From Escherichia coli (GTDB lineage Bacteria; Pseudomonadota; Gammaproteobacteria; Enterobacterales; Enterobacteriaceae), in NCBI RefSeq assembly GCF_022846255.1, contig NZ_AP025682.1: a stretch of DNA of 64,000 nucleotides; one strand, given 5' to 3'. The notes beneath the pieces are model-generated. The model was not told the origin of the DNA, did not search any database, and worked only from the letters and a program-made list of their open reading frames with translations. This document shows positions 53,228 to 64,000 of the stretch, piece after piece (position 1 is the stretch's first letter; each line of letters starts with the position of its first letter). The position numbers and the translations under genes were made by a program.

Positions 53228-54403
53228 ATGCGTCTGTTTTCTATTCCTCCACCCACGCTACTGGCGGGGTTTCTGGCGGTATTAATTGGCTACGCCAGTT
53301 CAGCGGCAATAATCTGGCAAGCAGCGATTGTCGCCGGAGCCACCACTGCACAAATCTCTGGCTGGATGACGGCGCTGGGGCTGGCAATGGGCGTCAGTAC
53401 GCTGACTCTGACATTATGGTATCGCGTACCTGTTCTCACCGCATGGTCAACGCCTGGCGCGGCTTTGTTGGTCACCGGATTACAGGGACTAACACTTAAC
53501 GAAGCCATCGGCGTTTTTATTGTCACCAACGTGTTAATAGTCCTCTGCGGCATAACGGGACTCTTTGCTCGTCTGATGCGCATTATTCCGCACTCGCTTG
53601 CGGCGGCAATGCTTGCCGGGATTTTATTACGTTTTGGTTTACAGGCGTTTGCCAGTCTGGATGGTCAATTTACGTTGTGTGGCAGTATGTTGCTGGTATG
53701 GCTGGCAACCAGGGCCGTTGCGCCGCGCTATGCGGTAATTGCCGCGATGATTATTGGGATCGTGATCGTTATCGCGCAAGGTGACGTTGTCACAACTGAT
53801 GTTGTCTTTAAACCCGTTCTCCCCACTTATATTCCCCCTGATTTTTCGTTTGCTCACAGTCTGAGCGTTGCACTCCCCCTTTTTCTGGTGACGATGGCAT
53901 CGCAAAACGCACCGGGTATCGCAGCAATGAAAGCAGCCGGATATTCGGCTCCTGTTTCGCCATTAATTATATTTACTGGATTGCTGGCACTGGTTTTTTC
54001 CCCTTTCGGCGTTTATTCCGTCGGTATTGCGGCAATCACCGCGGCTATTTGCCAAAGCCCGGAAGCGCATCCGGATAAAGATCAACGTTGGCTGGCAGCT
54101 GCCGTTGCAGGCATTTTCTATTTGCTCGCAGGTCTGTTTGGTAGTGCCATTACCGGGATGATGGCTGCCCTGCCCGTAAGTTGGATCCAGATGCTGGCAG
54201 GTCTGGCGCTGTTGAGTACCATTGGCGGCAGTTTGTATCAGGCGCTGCATAATGAGCGTGAGCGCGACGCGGCGGTGGTGGCATTTCTGGTAACGGCAAG
54301 TGGATTGACGCTGGCCGGGATTGGTTCTGCGTTTTGGGGATTAATTGCCGGAGGCGTTTGTTACGTGGTGTTGAATTTAATCGCTGACAGAAACCGATAT
54401 TGA
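53228..54403 (+). CDS. ydcO: BenE-family membrane transporter
   Basis: 391-aa product beginning MRLFSIPPPTLLAGFLAVLIGYASS; track ORF extends upstream to 53105. Confidence 0.9.
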   Translation: MRLFSIPPPTLLAGFLAVLIGYASSAAIIWQAAIVAGATTAQISGWMTALGLAMGVSTLTLTLWYRVPVLTAWSTPGAALLVTGLQGLTLNEAIGVFIVTNVLIVLCGITGLFARLMRIIPHSLAAAMLAGILLRFGLQAFASLDGQFTLCGSMLLVWLATRAVAPRYAVIAAMIIGIVIVIAQGDVVTTDVVFKPVLPTYIPPDFSFAHSLSVALPLFLVTMASQNAPGIAAMKAAGYSAPVSPLIIFTGLLALVFSPFGVYSVGIAAITAAICQSPEAHPDKDQRWLAAAVAGIFYLLAGLFGSAITGMMAALPVSWIQMLAGLALLSTIGGSLYQALHNERERDAAVVAFLVTASGLTLAGIGSAFWGLIAGGVCYVVLNLIADRNRY

Positions 54404-54408
54404 CATCC

Positions 54409-54430
54409 TCCACGCCCTGAAGGACGTGGA
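54409..54430. repeat. IS200/IS605-type subterminal hairpin (tnpB-proximal end)
   Basis: tccacg-ccctgaagga-cgtgga stem-loop just after the ydcO stop. Confidence 0.45.
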
Positions 54431-54442
54431 TCCCTGCTACGT

Positions 54443-55651
54443 TCAGGCTGTCGCCTGAATCATTTCGGTGGGTTCCTGCTTCAACGGGCGGCCTGACTGC
54501 ACCATCTCTCCACAGGCAAGAACGGCGTGCCCCGCCGCTAAAATGTTACGAGCGCCATTTACATCGGCGTTCGCTGTATATCCACATACCTGGCATCTGA
54601 ATTTACTTTGTGACAGGCGGTTCTCTTTCGCTGTATGACCACAGTACGCGCAACGCTGGCTTGTATACGCTGGCGGAACAGCAAGCACCTGACCGCCACG
54701 CCAGAGCTGCTTGTACTCAAGCTGGCGGCGCATTTCATACCAGCCCTGATCCAGTATCGAACGGTTTAAACCTGATTTTGCCCGGACATTGCGCCCCGGC
54801 TGGCTGACCGTACCCGCTGCTGACTTTGACATGTTGCTGACCTTCAAATCCTCAATGACTATCATTGCGTGGTTTTTGCTGACGGCCGTTGTGACTTTGT
54901 GAAGGTAGTCCCTGCGGATATTTGCGATACAGGAATGCAGTCGCTGTATTTTGCGTTTCTGCTTCTGCCAGTTGTTGCTGAATTTGACCTTGCGGCTTAA
55001 CTGTCGCTGAAGTCTCGCCAGCGTCTTCTGGTTTTTCTGAAAACTGTTTACAGGCTCAAAGACTGTGCCATCTGACAGCGTGGCGAGTTTAGCCACGCCA
55101 GCATCCAGCCCGACCATTGATGCTGAAGGGTGAGCCGGAGTGGATACTTCACTTTCTGTCTGAATACTGATGTACCACTTACCGCAGGACTGGCTGACAG
55201 TGACATTTTTCACAACACCCGTGACCTGACGGCTATTCCGGTAGCGCATCCAGCCCAGTTTCGGCAGAAAAATACGGCTGTTTTCCTGATCGAGCTTAAC
55301 GCCCTGCGGGTAGCGGAATGCATCATTCTGTCCCCGCTTTTTGAATCGGGGAAAAGCAGCCCGCTTCCGGAAGAAGTTTTTGTAAGCCCGCTCAAGGTCT
55401 TTCAGTGACTGTTGCAATGGCTGTGAGGGAGAATCTTTAAGCCATTGCGTTTCAGTGGCGTTTTTCCACTCAACCAGCCAGGAAGCCATTTTCCCGTAAG
55501 GGATGTATTTATTACCGGCCTCATGATTCTCATTCTGAAGCGCCAGAGCACGATTGAAAACGAAACGACATGCGCCTGCGAAGCGCCTCATTTCACACTC
55601 CTGTTGACCACCTGGTCTTAACTGGAATTTAAATGCCTGTAATCGTTTCAC
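54443..55651 (-). CDS. insQ: IS609 TnpB / OrfB (RuvC-like, RNA-guided nuclease family)
   Basis: 402-aa track ORF (alternative start at [10 protein letters not shown], 55591) with a C-terminal Cys cluster CAYCGH...CQVCG and OrfB_IS605 features. Confidence 0.85.
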   Translation of the reverse strand: MKRLQAFKFQLRPGGQQECEMRRFAGACRFVFNRALALQNENHEAGNKYIPYGKMASWLVEWKNATETQWLKDSPSQPLQQSLKDLERAYKNFFRKRAAFPRFKKRGQNDAFRYPQGVKLDQENSRIFLPKLGWMRYRNSRQVTGVVKNVTVSQSCGKWYISIQTESEVSTPAHPSASMVGLDAGVAKLATLSDGTVFEPVNSFQKNQKTLARLQRQLSRKVKFSNNWQKQKRKIQRLHSCIANIRRDYLHKVTTAVSKNHAMIVIEDLKVSNMSKSAAGTVSQPGRNVRAKSGLNRSILDQGWYEMRRQLEYKQLWRGGQVLAVPPAYTSQRCAYCGHTAKENRLSQSKFRCQVCGYTANADVNGARNILAAGHAVLACGEMVQSGRPLKQEPTEMIQATA

Positions 55652-55658
55652 AGGTCAA

Positions 55659-56150
55659 ATGATACTTTGGTCTGTGAAAAAAGAAACCGATATCCGGCGT
55701 GGAAGGCATTGTGTTTTCCTGATGCATGTTCAGCTGGTCTTTGTCCCAAATACCGACGCCAGATTTTTGACCATGACGCGACAGAAAAACTACGCACTTA
55801 CTATTCAAATGTATGTGCTGATTTTGAAGCTGAACTGGTTGAAATGGATGGCGAACCAGATCACGTCCATTTGTTAATTAACTATCCTCCCAAACTGGCG
55901 ATATCCAGTCTGGTAAACAGCCTCAAAGGCGTATCGGGTAGGTGACTGCGACGAGATCGACCAGATATTGCAGTCAGGTATTACTACAAAGGCGTTTTGT
56001 GGAGTCCTGGCTATTTTGCCAGTAGCTGCGGAGGTGCGCCAATATCCGTCATCCGCCAATACATTGAACAACAGCAAACACCTGGTCAGGTGGAAAACCG
56101 CGCCTTATATCCCCGCCCTGAAGGACGGGGTTTTACGGCGCACCGGATAA
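55659..56150 (+). pseudogene. IS200-like TnpA (Y1 HUH transposase) split over three reading frames
   Basis: Frame A HVQLVFVPNTD, frame B EAELVEMDGEPDHVHLLINYPPK (HUH motif), frame C YYKGVLWSPGYFASSCGGAPISVIRQYIEQQ (catalytic Tyr region); at least two frameshifts. Confidence 0.75.
56111..56130. repeat. IS200/IS605-type subterminal hairpin (tnpA-proximal end)
   Basis: ccccg-ccctgaagga-cgggg, same loop as the hairpin at 54409. Confidence 0.45.
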
Positions 56151-56176
56151 AAAGCGCCATCTAACGATGGCGCGTC
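56150..56176 (-). terminator. Rho-independent terminator after ydcL
   Basis: On the minus strand: gcgccatcg-tta-gatggcgc followed by T-run. Confidence 0.5.
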
Positions 56177-56181
56177 TGGAA

Positions 56182-56850
56182 CTACTTTTTGTTAACGTCA
56201 AACATGGTGGCATCGGTCGCCATGTCATCAATAACTTGTTTAATATTTTCGAAAGCCATTGGCGTACTTTCGTTATTCAGGTCTTTACCTTCGCCCTGAC
56301 GAACGACTTTGATAACCGGTTTATTAGTCGCTGCATCAATCAGCTCACCTTCAAAATACAAGCGAGTATCCATGGTTCGGTGGCCTGTAGCCATTTGCGT
56401 CCCCGCTACCACTAATGCAACAGGAACCACTTCATAGAATTGCAGCCCTTCTTTACTGGTATCTACACCGGTAATGGCCCCACGGAAAATCAGACTACGC
56501 GGCCCAGCGGTGGTAACCAGTGGTTTACGCTGCGCTATCGCTTCTTTCATTTCGGTGTTGGTATAGTTCAAAATTTTATCCAGAACTTTCTGCCCTACCT
56601 GGGTAGAAGGTTTCGGTACCGGATAATAAGTGATTGGGTTCCAGACGATGCTGTCATATTTGCTTTGATCAAAACTCGGGTCTACCCAACGTAAAACAGG
56701 TTTACCTGTTGCCGAGGTTGTTTCTTTTAAATCAGAGTAATTGTTTAAAAAACCAGAATATTTATCTGGCTGGGTGATTTTAGAGGCACAACCAGACAGA
56801 GCCAACAAGCCGCATAAAGCTGCAACTTTCGCAAATGATGTGGTACGCAT
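56182..56850 (-). CDS. ydcL: lipoprotein (DUF3313)
   Basis: 222 aa with lipobox LALSGC. Confidence 0.9.
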   Translation of the reverse strand: MRTTSFAKVAALCGLLALSGCASKITQPDKYSGFLNNYSDLKETTSATGKPVLRWVDPSFDQSKYDSIVWNPITYYPVPKPSTQVGQKVLDKILNYTNTEMKEAIAQRKPLVTTAGPRSLIFRGAITGVDTSKEGLQFYEVVPVALVVAGTQMATGHRTMDTRLYFEGELIDAATNKPVIKVVRQGEGKDLNNESTPMAFENIKQVIDDMATDATMFDVNKK

Positions 56851-56946
56851 GAATAGTTTCCTGAGATGATTATATTACTTTCTAAGTTATAGCAAAAAGC
56901 GCCGCTTCGTGTTGTGGCAAAAAAAGTGTTGGTGAAAATAAATTTT

Positions 56947-56991
56947 TTAGCCCCTTTTCAGACGACATAGTCAATGCCGAAAAAGGGGCTA
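56947..56991. terminator. strong inverted repeat between tehB and ydcL (likely tehAB terminator)
   Basis: ttagcccctttt ... aaaaggggctaa, 12-bp arms flanking a 21-nt loop. Confidence 0.4.
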
Positions 56992-57152
56992 AGTCAATCA
57001 TCAGTAGTTAAATTTCAGTAAGTTAAGCGGCTAAAAAACTTCGACTACTGTGATTAATTTCACATCCCTTCGATAAAAAATATGCTTACCGAAAAGAAGA
57101 ACAGTAAACCATCTCAGCGTGGGGAATTTTCACGCGCTTTGTTCTTACCGGA

Positions 57153-57746
57153 TCATTTTTTACGTGCCAGCATCGTGGCGAAACGCAGTTTAATACGATT
57201 ACCGTTGGCGTCGGTGCGGTGCAGTTCGCCGACGTCTTCATTGTATTTCACCATCTCCCAGCCTTCGTAATATCGACGTAATTCCCCCTCTTTGAAGGCA
57301 AACGGGAAGCCGACGGTACATGGATAATCAGCGGTATCCATCGCCGCCACAATCAGGTTGTAACCACCAGGTTTCGTGCAACGTTGCATATTGGCAATCA
57401 GCCCTGGGATGGTTTTAGCCTCAAGGAACATCAGCACCACAGTCGAAAGAATAAAATCGTATTTCCCATCAAATGTGAGGTTATTCAGATCAACGACCCG
57501 GGTGTGTAAATTATCCAGATTTTCAATGGATTTAATGCGCTCGACGTTGGCGATACTCATGGCATTTTTATCCCATGCGTCAACATCATAACCATTGGCT
57601 GCCAGGTAGAGACTGTTACGACCATTGCCACAGCCCAGATCCAGCGTTTTACCCGGTTTAACCACTTTCACCGCTTCCAGTACTTCAGAGTGTGTGCGAG
57701 TTAATTCATATTTATCAGTAAAATAGTTTTCGTCACGAATGATCAT
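57153..57746 (-). CDS. tehB: tellurite methyltransferase (SAM-dependent)
   Basis: 197 aa with SAM-binding motif [15 protein letters not shown]. Confidence 0.95.
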   Translation of the reverse strand: MIIRDENYFTDKYELTRTHSEVLEAVKVVKPGKTLDLGCGNGRNSLYLAANGYDVDAWDKNAMSIANVERIKSIENLDNLHTRVVDLNNLTFDGKYDFILSTVVLMFLEAKTIPGLIANMQRCTKPGGYNLIVAAMDTADYPCTVGFPFAFKEGELRRYYEGWEMVKYNEDVGELHRTDANGNRIKLRFATMLARKK

Positions 57747-58735
57747 TCTTTGTCCTCTGCTTTCATTAAAACGGCGCGCTCGGTTCTGATTAACAATTTT
57801 CCCTGCATCAGAAGCGCAAAAGTACGGATGAGCAGTATTGCAATAATAAAATTGGTAAAGATAAACAGCGGCACCGCCAGCGTATGGAAAAATCCATTAT
57901 CGCTGCTACTCCCCAGATGCAAACCGGTGGTTGCCAGTGCAGATACACCGAACGAGAAACTCCAGAATGAAGCATTAAATGGCTGGGAGAGATACCATGG
58001 CATCAGACGTAGCATAAACAGCAGTTGCAGCAGTCCATAACCGAAAAGCATTTTCGCCAGCGTGTCACCCTCGCCGCCGTTGACGCTCAGCCAGGCACTA
58101 CAGGCCACCAGCGCAGGAGCGAGCTGAATGCCGAGTGATGTCCGCAGTGCCGTGGGTAATTCTCCCGAACTGCGCAGACGCTGCAAGATCACCGGTTCCA
58201 GGCTTAGCCATGAGAAAACGCCTGCGCCTAAAAACACCAGACCGGCGTCGGTGTAGCCCAACGCACCACAGGCCATTGCGCTGATAAAGTTGTTGGCAAC
58301 TGTCGGCAGATACAGTCCAGGCGTGGTAGCTTCTTCAGGGTGAGATCCGCGCCATAATCCCGCAGTTTGCCAGGCGGCATAAGCCAACTGAACCACGACA
58401 CCAAAACTGAACAGGCACACCGCCAGTGGGCGAAACCACGGAACAAAACCAATCGCCACCAGCATCGTCGTTGCCGGAAACAAACTCACAAAACTGCTCA
58501 GCACTGGATGGCGCACTTCTGCCAGCACGCTATGCGGAAAGCGTATGAGTCGGGTAATAAATGCGCCAGTCAATAATCCCCAGATGATCATCGCCAGAAT
58601 CACCAGCCCATCACCCAACCAGTGGCTGACCTGCCAAACCTGGCTGGCATAGCGCCAGGCAAATCCCATCCCTATCGTCCCCAACACAATACCAAAGTAG
58701 CCTGCCGGCAAATTGAGCACTTTATCGCTCTGCAT
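57743..58735 (-). CDS. tehA: tellurite resistance / dicarboxylate-type membrane transporter
   Basis: 330-aa product beginning [17 protein letters not shown]; track ORF extends to 58843; 4-nt overlap with tehB. Confidence 0.9.
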   Translation of the reverse strand: MQSDKVLNLPAGYFGIVLGTIGMGFAWRYASQVWQVSHWLGDGLVILAMIIWGLLTGAFITRLIRFPHSVLAEVRHPVLSSFVSLFPATTMLVAIGFVPWFRPLAVCLFSFGVVVQLAYAAWQTAGLWRGSHPEEATTPGLYLPTVANNFISAMACGALGYTDAGLVFLGAGVFSWLSLEPVILQRLRSSGELPTALRTSLGIQLAPALVACSAWLSVNGGEGDTLAKMLFGYGLLQLLFMLRLMPWYLSQPFNASFWSFSFGVSALATTGLHLGSSSDNGFFHTLAVPLFIFTNFIIAILLIRTFALLMQGKLLIRTERAVLMKAEDKE

Positions 58736-58858
58736 CTTCTTACTCATTTTGTTTAATTTATAAAGTATATTTGAAATGCATTTTATGGAATTTTCTCGAG
58801 CATAGCCAGAGCCGCAGAATTTGCTACGGTTATAGTAAGTCACCTGTGGGAAAACGCT

Positions 58859-59839
58859 ATGCGTAAATATCGTCTAAGTGAAGAACAGCGAGCCTTTAGT
58901 TATCAGGAAGATGGCACTAAAAAAAGTGTGTTATTACGGCAAATTATCGCCATGAGCGATTTTAACGATGTGATAGCAGGAAGCGCTGGCGGCTGGATCG
59001 ATCGCGAAACGGTGTTAGCACAGGAAGGAAATTGCTGGATTTACGACCAGAATGCTATTGCGTTCGGCGGAACGGTGATTTCCGGGAATACGCGTATCAC
59101 CGGCACCAGCGTGCTGTGGGGAGAGGTTTACGCAACGGATAATGTCTGGATCGATAATAGTGAAATCAGCCAGGGGGCATATATAAGTGACAGCGTCACC
59201 ATTCGTGACTCATTAGTTTGCGGTCAATGTAGAATATTTGGTCACGCCTTAATTGATCAACATTCTATGATCGTCGCCGCACAAGGCTTAACGCCCGAAC
59301 ATCAACTCCTGCTACAAATTTATGATCGCGCGAGGGTTAGCGCCTCGCGTATTGTCCACCAGGCACAAATTTATGACGATGCCGTCGTCCGGTATGCTTT
59401 TATTGAACATCGCGCCGAAGTTTTTGATTTTGCCAGTATTGAAGGTAATGAAGAGAACAACGTCTGGCTATGCGATTGCGCTAAAGTTTACGGTCACGCG
59501 CAGGTGAAATCTGGCATAGAAGAAGATGCCATTCCGACGATTCATTACAGTTCACAGGTGGCGGAATATGCCATTGTGGAAGGTAATTGTGTGTTAAAAC
59601 ATCATGTCTTGATTGGCGGAAATGCCGTGGTACGTGGCGGACCGATTCTGCTCGACGAGCACGTTGTCATACAAGGTGAGAGCCGTATTACAGGTGCGGT
59701 GATAATTGAAAACCATGTGGAGTTAACTGACCACGCCGTCGTTGAAGCCTTTGATGGCGACACGATTCATATCCGTGGTCCAAAAGTCATTAACGGCGAG
59801 GAGCGCATTACGCGAACGCTGCTGGCAGGGTTATTGTGA
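58859..59839 (+). CDS. ydcK: hexapeptide-repeat (left-handed beta-helix) protein
   Basis: 326 aa with repetitive I/V-x-G-x hexapeptide pattern. Confidence 0.85.
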   Translation: MRKYRLSEEQRAFSYQEDGTKKSVLLRQIIAMSDFNDVIAGSAGGWIDRETVLAQEGNCWIYDQNAIAFGGTVISGNTRITGTSVLWGEVYATDNVWIDNSEISQGAYISDSVTIRDSLVCGQCRIFGHALIDQHSMIVAAQGLTPEHQLLLQIYDRARVSASRIVHQAQIYDDAVVRYAFIEHRAEVFDFASIEGNEENNVWLCDCAKVYGHAQVKSGIEEDAIPTIHYSSQVAEYAIVEGNCVLKHHVLIGGNAVVRGGPILLDEHVVIQGESRITGAVIIENHVELTDHAVVEAFDGDTIHIRGPKVINGEERITRTLLAGLL

Positions 59840-60370
59840 ATCGATAATACGCGCGTATAAGTTCACATCATCATAGGCATCATTCAGGAACTCAGCCTGT
59901 TTAAGGCAACCTTCAAGGATAAAACCATTGCGCAACGCTACCTGGTTGCTTTGCGGATTGTCCACCCGACATTTGATCACGAAGCGTCTAAGTTCACCAG
60001 ACTGAGCGTAATGATGAATCAATGCCTGCAGCGCCTGAGAAATGATCCCCTGCCCCTGATGAGATTCGTCCAGCCAGTAGCCGATTTCAGCGGTTTTATT
60101 CAGTGGTTCAATACGATTAAACGAGATAACGCCGATAAGTTCATCTTCTTTGAAAATCATGAACATTTTGGCATAGCCGCGTTGATGCAACATTACATTG
60201 CCCTGCACTGTTTTTCGCGTGTCCTCTTCACTTTGAACAAACTGCGGCCAGTTTAGCGACTGCTGTAACCAGGTTCTATTTTTACAGATTAACTGATAAA
60301 GAGGTGTGACATGACTTTCTGCAACAGCATGTAATTCAAGTGATTCGCTTACTTTTATCGTTTCGGTCAT
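59831..60370 (-). CDS. rimL: ribosomal protein L7/L12 serine N-acetyltransferase
   Basis: 179-aa GNAT protein beginning [16 protein letters not shown]; converges on and overlaps the ydcK 3' end by 9 nt. Confidence 0.9.
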   Translation of the reverse strand: MTETIKVSESLELHAVAESHVTPLYQLICKNRTWLQQSLNWPQFVQSEEDTRKTVQGNVMLHQRGYAKMFMIFKEDELIGVISFNRIEPLNKTAEIGYWLDESHQGQGIISQALQALIHHYAQSGELRRFVIKCRVDNPQSNQVALRNGFILEGCLKQAEFLNDAYDDVNLYARIIDSQ

Positions 60371-60432
60371 CTTATCTCCAGTCAATCCATGCAGTTGTTA
60401 AAAAAGCCGCCTGGCTGGCGGCTTAGGAAAGT

Positions 60433-60657
60433 TTACACCTCTTTGACGCTCTCCTGCTGCAGGATTTTGAGCATCTCATCTTTTAACTGTAGCTTTTGTT
60501 TTTTCATGCGGACCACTTCCGCATTGTACCCTCGACCGTTGGAACCTTCCTTTCTGGCAATTTCATGATCAAGTTTATTGTGTTTATCGAACAAGGACAT
60601 AAAGCGAGGATTTTCGTTTTTCAGACGGGATATTAAATCTCGATATTCTGGAAACAT
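60433..60657 (-). CDS. ydcH: DUF465 family protein
   Basis: 74-aa product MFPEYRDLISRLKNENPRFMSLFDKHNKLDHEIARKEG... Confidence 0.85.
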   Translation of the reverse strand: MFPEYRDLISRLKNENPRFMSLFDKHNKLDHEIARKEGSNGRGYNAEVVRMKKQKLQLKDEMLKILQQESVKEV

Positions 60658-60796
60658 ACGCACTCCCTGTTAGTGGCTGACAAGGTGTATCTGAAATACA
60701 CACCATCAGATTACTCATTTAACTTAGGGAAAAATGCGAGCGGGATCGTGTTTAACCAGACGGCACCTCCCGAAGAAGATGCCGAAGAAAAAACGA

Positions 60797-62452
60797 TTAA
60801 CTCATCACGCGGTCATCAACATACTGACGTTTATCCGGCGCTGGCGGGAAATACTGATACAGCCATGTTTCACTGATAGCGTCGCCCTGACAACGCAGAT
60901 ACATCCGCATATCGACCGGATCAGTGGAGTCCGAAGTCGGATACCAGTCAAACTGAATACGATAACCATCAATGGGTTCAATATAGAGAATTTCGATTTG
61001 CTTCGCTTCCCCACTGGAAAGCGTAATCACCGGCTCAATGCCTTTTGGCGCGGCAGCTTTCAGATCACCACCAACGAAATCGACGGCAAAACGACGCGCC
61101 CATTTTTCGGGATAGTGTTCACCTGGAGCCCAACCTTCCGGGAAACCACCCATGCCGGTACGCGTCGCCATAACGCGCGCTAATGGGCAATGAACAGGCG
61201 GTTGCGCACTCCAGTACAGACGATACTGGAATGCAAACTCATCACCCGCTTTTACAGCTTTTTCTGGCTGCCAGAAGCAGACAATGTTATCCAGCGTTTC
61301 GCCCGTTGTTGGGATTTCCATCAGGCCGATGGTGCCCTTACCCCACTTGTTACGCGGTTCCACCCACAGACTTGGGCGTTTGTTATACCAGCCCATAATG
61401 TCCTGATAATGGGAGAAATCACGATCCAGTTGCAATAAACCAAACCCTTTCGGGTTGTTGTCGGTGTAAGCATTGAACTGCAATTTTTGCGGATTGTTCA
61501 GCGGACGACAAATCCACTCGCCGTTGCCCCGCCACATGGACAAACGATCAGAGTCATGGATTTGCGGATGAATGGTGTCGCACATCCGACGTTCATTAGT
61601 ACCGCAGCTGAACATACTGGTCATCGGCGCAATGCCCAGCTGTTTAATGTCTTTGCGCGCATACAGGTGATTTTCCACATCCATAATCACCTGACTTTTC
61701 TCGCAATGGATAGTGAACTTATAGGCACCAGTAATGCTGGCGCTATCGAGCAACGCATAAACGGTAAAGGTGGTTGCCCCCGGTTTTACCGTATCAAACC
61801 AGAAGGCGGTAAAGTCGGGGAACTCTTCTTTACTGTCGGTGTAAGTGTCGATCGCCAGGCCGCGAGCCGATAGACCGTATTGATATGTGTCGTCAACGGC
61901 GCGGAAATAACTCGCACCGAGGAATGATACTACATCACGGCGCGCCAGTTCGGGGGCTTTAAACACGCGAAAACCGGCAAAACCGAGATCGCTTTGCCCT
62001 TCTAATTGTTTGGTATCCACACCCGCATCGTTGTATTTGAACAACTCCGGGCGAAAGTGAATTTCACGCGCCAGATGTGTTGCGGGATCAACAGAAAACA
62101 TACGAACGCGGCGACGGAATCCCATTCCCATATGGAAAAACTGAGCGTCCAGTTGACGGTTCTCAACGTTATGCCAGAGCGATTTTTCGGCGTCGTATTG
62201 AATACTGTTATAAGCCTGCGGCGTCATTGTCGCCAGCGTGTCAGGTAACGGACGCGGCGCACCACGCCACGCTGTTTGCGCTAAGTCGTGCGCCATTGAC
62301 TGTAGAATGGAGAAGTCAAAACGCTGGGTTTGCCCGTCGGCAATATCAGAATCTGCCGCGAATGCCGCCTGAGAAAAAAGAGAAACAATGCCGCTGGTAC
62401 CGCACACGGCGGCCATAGCCATTGAACCTTTAATAAATCGTCTACGATCCAT
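60797..62452 (-). CDS. opgD: periplasmic glucans biosynthesis protein D (Tat-exported)
   Basis: 551 aa with twin-arginine signal [16 protein letters not shown]...AFA. Confidence 0.95.
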   Translation of the reverse strand: MDRRRFIKGSMAMAAVCGTSGIVSLFSQAAFAADSDIADGQTQRFDFSILQSMAHDLAQTAWRGAPRPLPDTLATMTPQAYNSIQYDAEKSLWHNVENRQLDAQFFHMGMGFRRRVRMFSVDPATHLAREIHFRPELFKYNDAGVDTKQLEGQSDLGFAGFRVFKAPELARRDVVSFLGASYFRAVDDTYQYGLSARGLAIDTYTDSKEEFPDFTAFWFDTVKPGATTFTVYALLDSASITGAYKFTIHCEKSQVIMDVENHLYARKDIKQLGIAPMTSMFSCGTNERRMCDTIHPQIHDSDRLSMWRGNGEWICRPLNNPQKLQFNAYTDNNPKGFGLLQLDRDFSHYQDIMGWYNKRPSLWVEPRNKWGKGTIGLMEIPTTGETLDNIVCFWQPEKAVKAGDEFAFQYRLYWSAQPPVHCPLARVMATRTGMGGFPEGWAPGEHYPEKWARRFAVDFVGGDLKAAAPKGIEPVITLSSGEAKQIEILYIEPIDGYRIQFDWYPTSDSTDPVDMRMYLRCQGDAISETWLYQYFPPAPDKRQYVDDRVMS

Positions 62453-62676
62453 ACCTGAAAGTGAGTCCTTCTGGTGTTGTGAATGGTCCCGCGCTGGTCG
62501 TTTTCAGCGGCAAGAAAGTGCTTATTTATGACCGCTCACTCTAGACAATATTTATTAATAATCCAATTGTTGAACTGAGAGAATATGCATAAATCGGCAA
62601 TTTTTTTATGTCGATGGGATGAGCCTGATTCGTTTGTAAAATCAGGCAAATTTTTGCAAAGGCGGATGGTCAGAAT

Positions 62677-64000
62677 TTAAAGCAAACCACAGCGACGTTT
62701 ACTGCGTTCTTCCGCTTCCTGATAAAGCTGGAACTCATCCAAAACCGGGCAGCCCAACGCCTGCTCAAATGCTTCGCGACTGGCATTACCGTGACTGCGT
62801 GCCTGCGTTTCATTACCCAGATTTGACTGGAAGATCCCCGCCGCGCTAACGGGCAAGAAATCTTCATAGGTAATGGGTTGCGCCACTACCCAACCACGTT
62901 CAATTAAGGGCTGTGGATCGTCTCCGGGATGAATCGCCTGACGATGCGCCTCACCCGAAGGCGTCAGACGGTACCGGAACCATGCCAACCCTTGCTGACG
63001 CATTAAAAACTCACTGTCAGGAAAAGTGCGGAAGGTTTCCTGTAAATGCATTTGGTGAGTGAGATTATCCTGCCCGGTTCCAGCGTTACGCAGAAGATCA
63101 TCATACAGTTGTCGCCCTTTCGGCGTTAATGCCACACCACGCTGCTCTATTTCACCAAAGCGCGCGGTATGCGTACCCTGTTTCTGCCCTGCAAACAACA
63201 CCGTCTCTTCCAGTGCTTTAAAGCTGGTCTGGCGTAGTAAAATCGGTACCTCGCGGCGCGGCGGCCCTTCGATCAGAATTTTGGGTTCAATCCCGCATTC
63301 AGGCATCATCGACTGCACCCGGTCAATATCCAGCGTACGTGGCGTCAGGTGGTTGATATGGCATCCAGGAAAACAGACCACATCAGCAATCAACCGATGT
63401 TCGTTGTGCAAGGCGCGATAGGTTTCTTCATCTACCGTTGCTGACTGGTGCCAACGAAACGTTTCCAGGGCTTCCTGCACAAACTCCTGTGCCTGTGTTT
63501 CGTTAAAACCGCCCCGCTGCTCATACTCCTCTAACAGTTGTCGACAACGTGGGGTGAAGATATCGCGCTGACGCAGAATCTCCGCCGCTTTCTGGCGCAA
63601 AAATTCGTTCTCGATAAGCTCAAGGCGGAGTAATGAGGTAAAAACGCGGAAGGGATTACGCGCCAGAGAAGCATCATCAATGGGCCGAAATGCTGTGGAA
63701 TGTACCGGCACTCCCGCCTGCGAGAGATCGTAATAGCTCACCGGGTACATCCCCATAATGGTAAACATCCGCCGAAGAGTAGCAAGCTCTTGTGCAGTCC
63801 CAACACGAATCGCCCCATGACGTTCAACATTCAGTCGCGCCAGCTCGTCTGCATTTACCATTTTTTCGTGCAGTTGAGGATTGTTTTCCAGCACAGCCAG
63901 ATTCACATCAGCTACCAGTTCCAGCAGCGTGCCATATTGCGGAACTTCTTGCTGGTACATGGCTGACATTGCCTGCGAAAACTGTTCCCGAATCTCATCC
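62677..64000 (-). CDS. ydcJ: DUF1338 family protein, N-terminus beyond window end
   Basis: 430-aa track ORF reaches 63969; the coding frame stays open to the window edge, consistent with a longer protein starting past 64000. Confidence 0.85.
   Translation of the reverse strand, partial: DEIREQFSQAMSAMYQQEVPQYGTLLELVADVNLAVLENNPQLHEKMVNADELARLNVERHGAIRVGTAQELATLRRMFTIMGMYPVSYYDLSQAGVPVHSTAFRPIDDASLARNPFRVFTSLLRLELIENEFLRQKAAEILRQRDIFTPRCRQLLEEYEQRGGFNETQAQEFVQEALETFRWHQSATVDEETYRALHNEHRLIADVVCFPGCHINHLTPRTLDIDRVQSMMPECGIEPKILIEGPPRREVPILLRQTSFKALEETVLFAGQKQGTHTARFGEIEQRGVALTPKGRQLYDDLLRNAGTGQDNLTHQMHLQETFRTFPDSEFLMRQQGLAWFRYRLTPSGEAHRQAIHPGDDPQPLIERGWVVAQPITYEDFLPVSAAGIFQSNLGNETQARSHGNASREAFEQALGCPVLDEFQLYQEAEERSKRRCGLL

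Larger units (their letters stand above)
54404..56135. mobile_element. IS609-like (IS200/IS605 family) element remnant
   Basis: Divergent tnpB (minus) and fragmented tnpA (plus) bounded by two subterminal hairpins with the identical loop ccctgaagga on the same strand. Confidence 0.7.

Overview
This window reads as an Escherichia coli chromosomal segment, in reverse-complement orientation relative to the K-12 MG1655 map as I recall it (roughly ydcJ...ddpA, about 1.49-1.56 Mb). Gene identities come from reading the supplied ORF translations against remembered E. coli protein sequences; no database search was run. Most of the window is conserved core genome: ddpABCDF (5' partial), osmC, bdm, sra, maeA, adhP, yddM, fdnGHI with an in-frame UGA selenocysteine codon, yddG, narU-narZYWV, yddE, nhoA, yddH, pptA, then ansP through ydcJ (3' partial window edge). 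The one clearly accessory stretch is about 26.2-33.8 kb between pptA and ansP. There, what I remember as the K-12 rhsE/ydcD/yncGH content is replaced by a secreted alkyl-sulfatase-like gene, a membrane GGDEF diguanylate cyclase, two diverged ISAs1 (H-repeat) copies, a frameshifted symE-like toxin gene, and a low-GC two-gene module that looks like an IS-disrupted polymorphic toxin with an overlapping immunity gene, followed by about 0.9 kb of AT-rich DNA without a convincing ORF. This module is the best candidate for something undescribed, but its toxin assignment is inference only. Other strain-variable points are a 270-bp yddG-narU junction, a truncated hicB without hicA, and an IS609-like remnant with intact tnpB and fragmented tnpA. 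No rRNA, tRNA or CRISPR array was recognised. Coordinates derived by hand-counting bases (small genes, hairpins, motifs) may be off by 1-2 nt; one manual recount near pptA disagreed with the ORF track by a single base.
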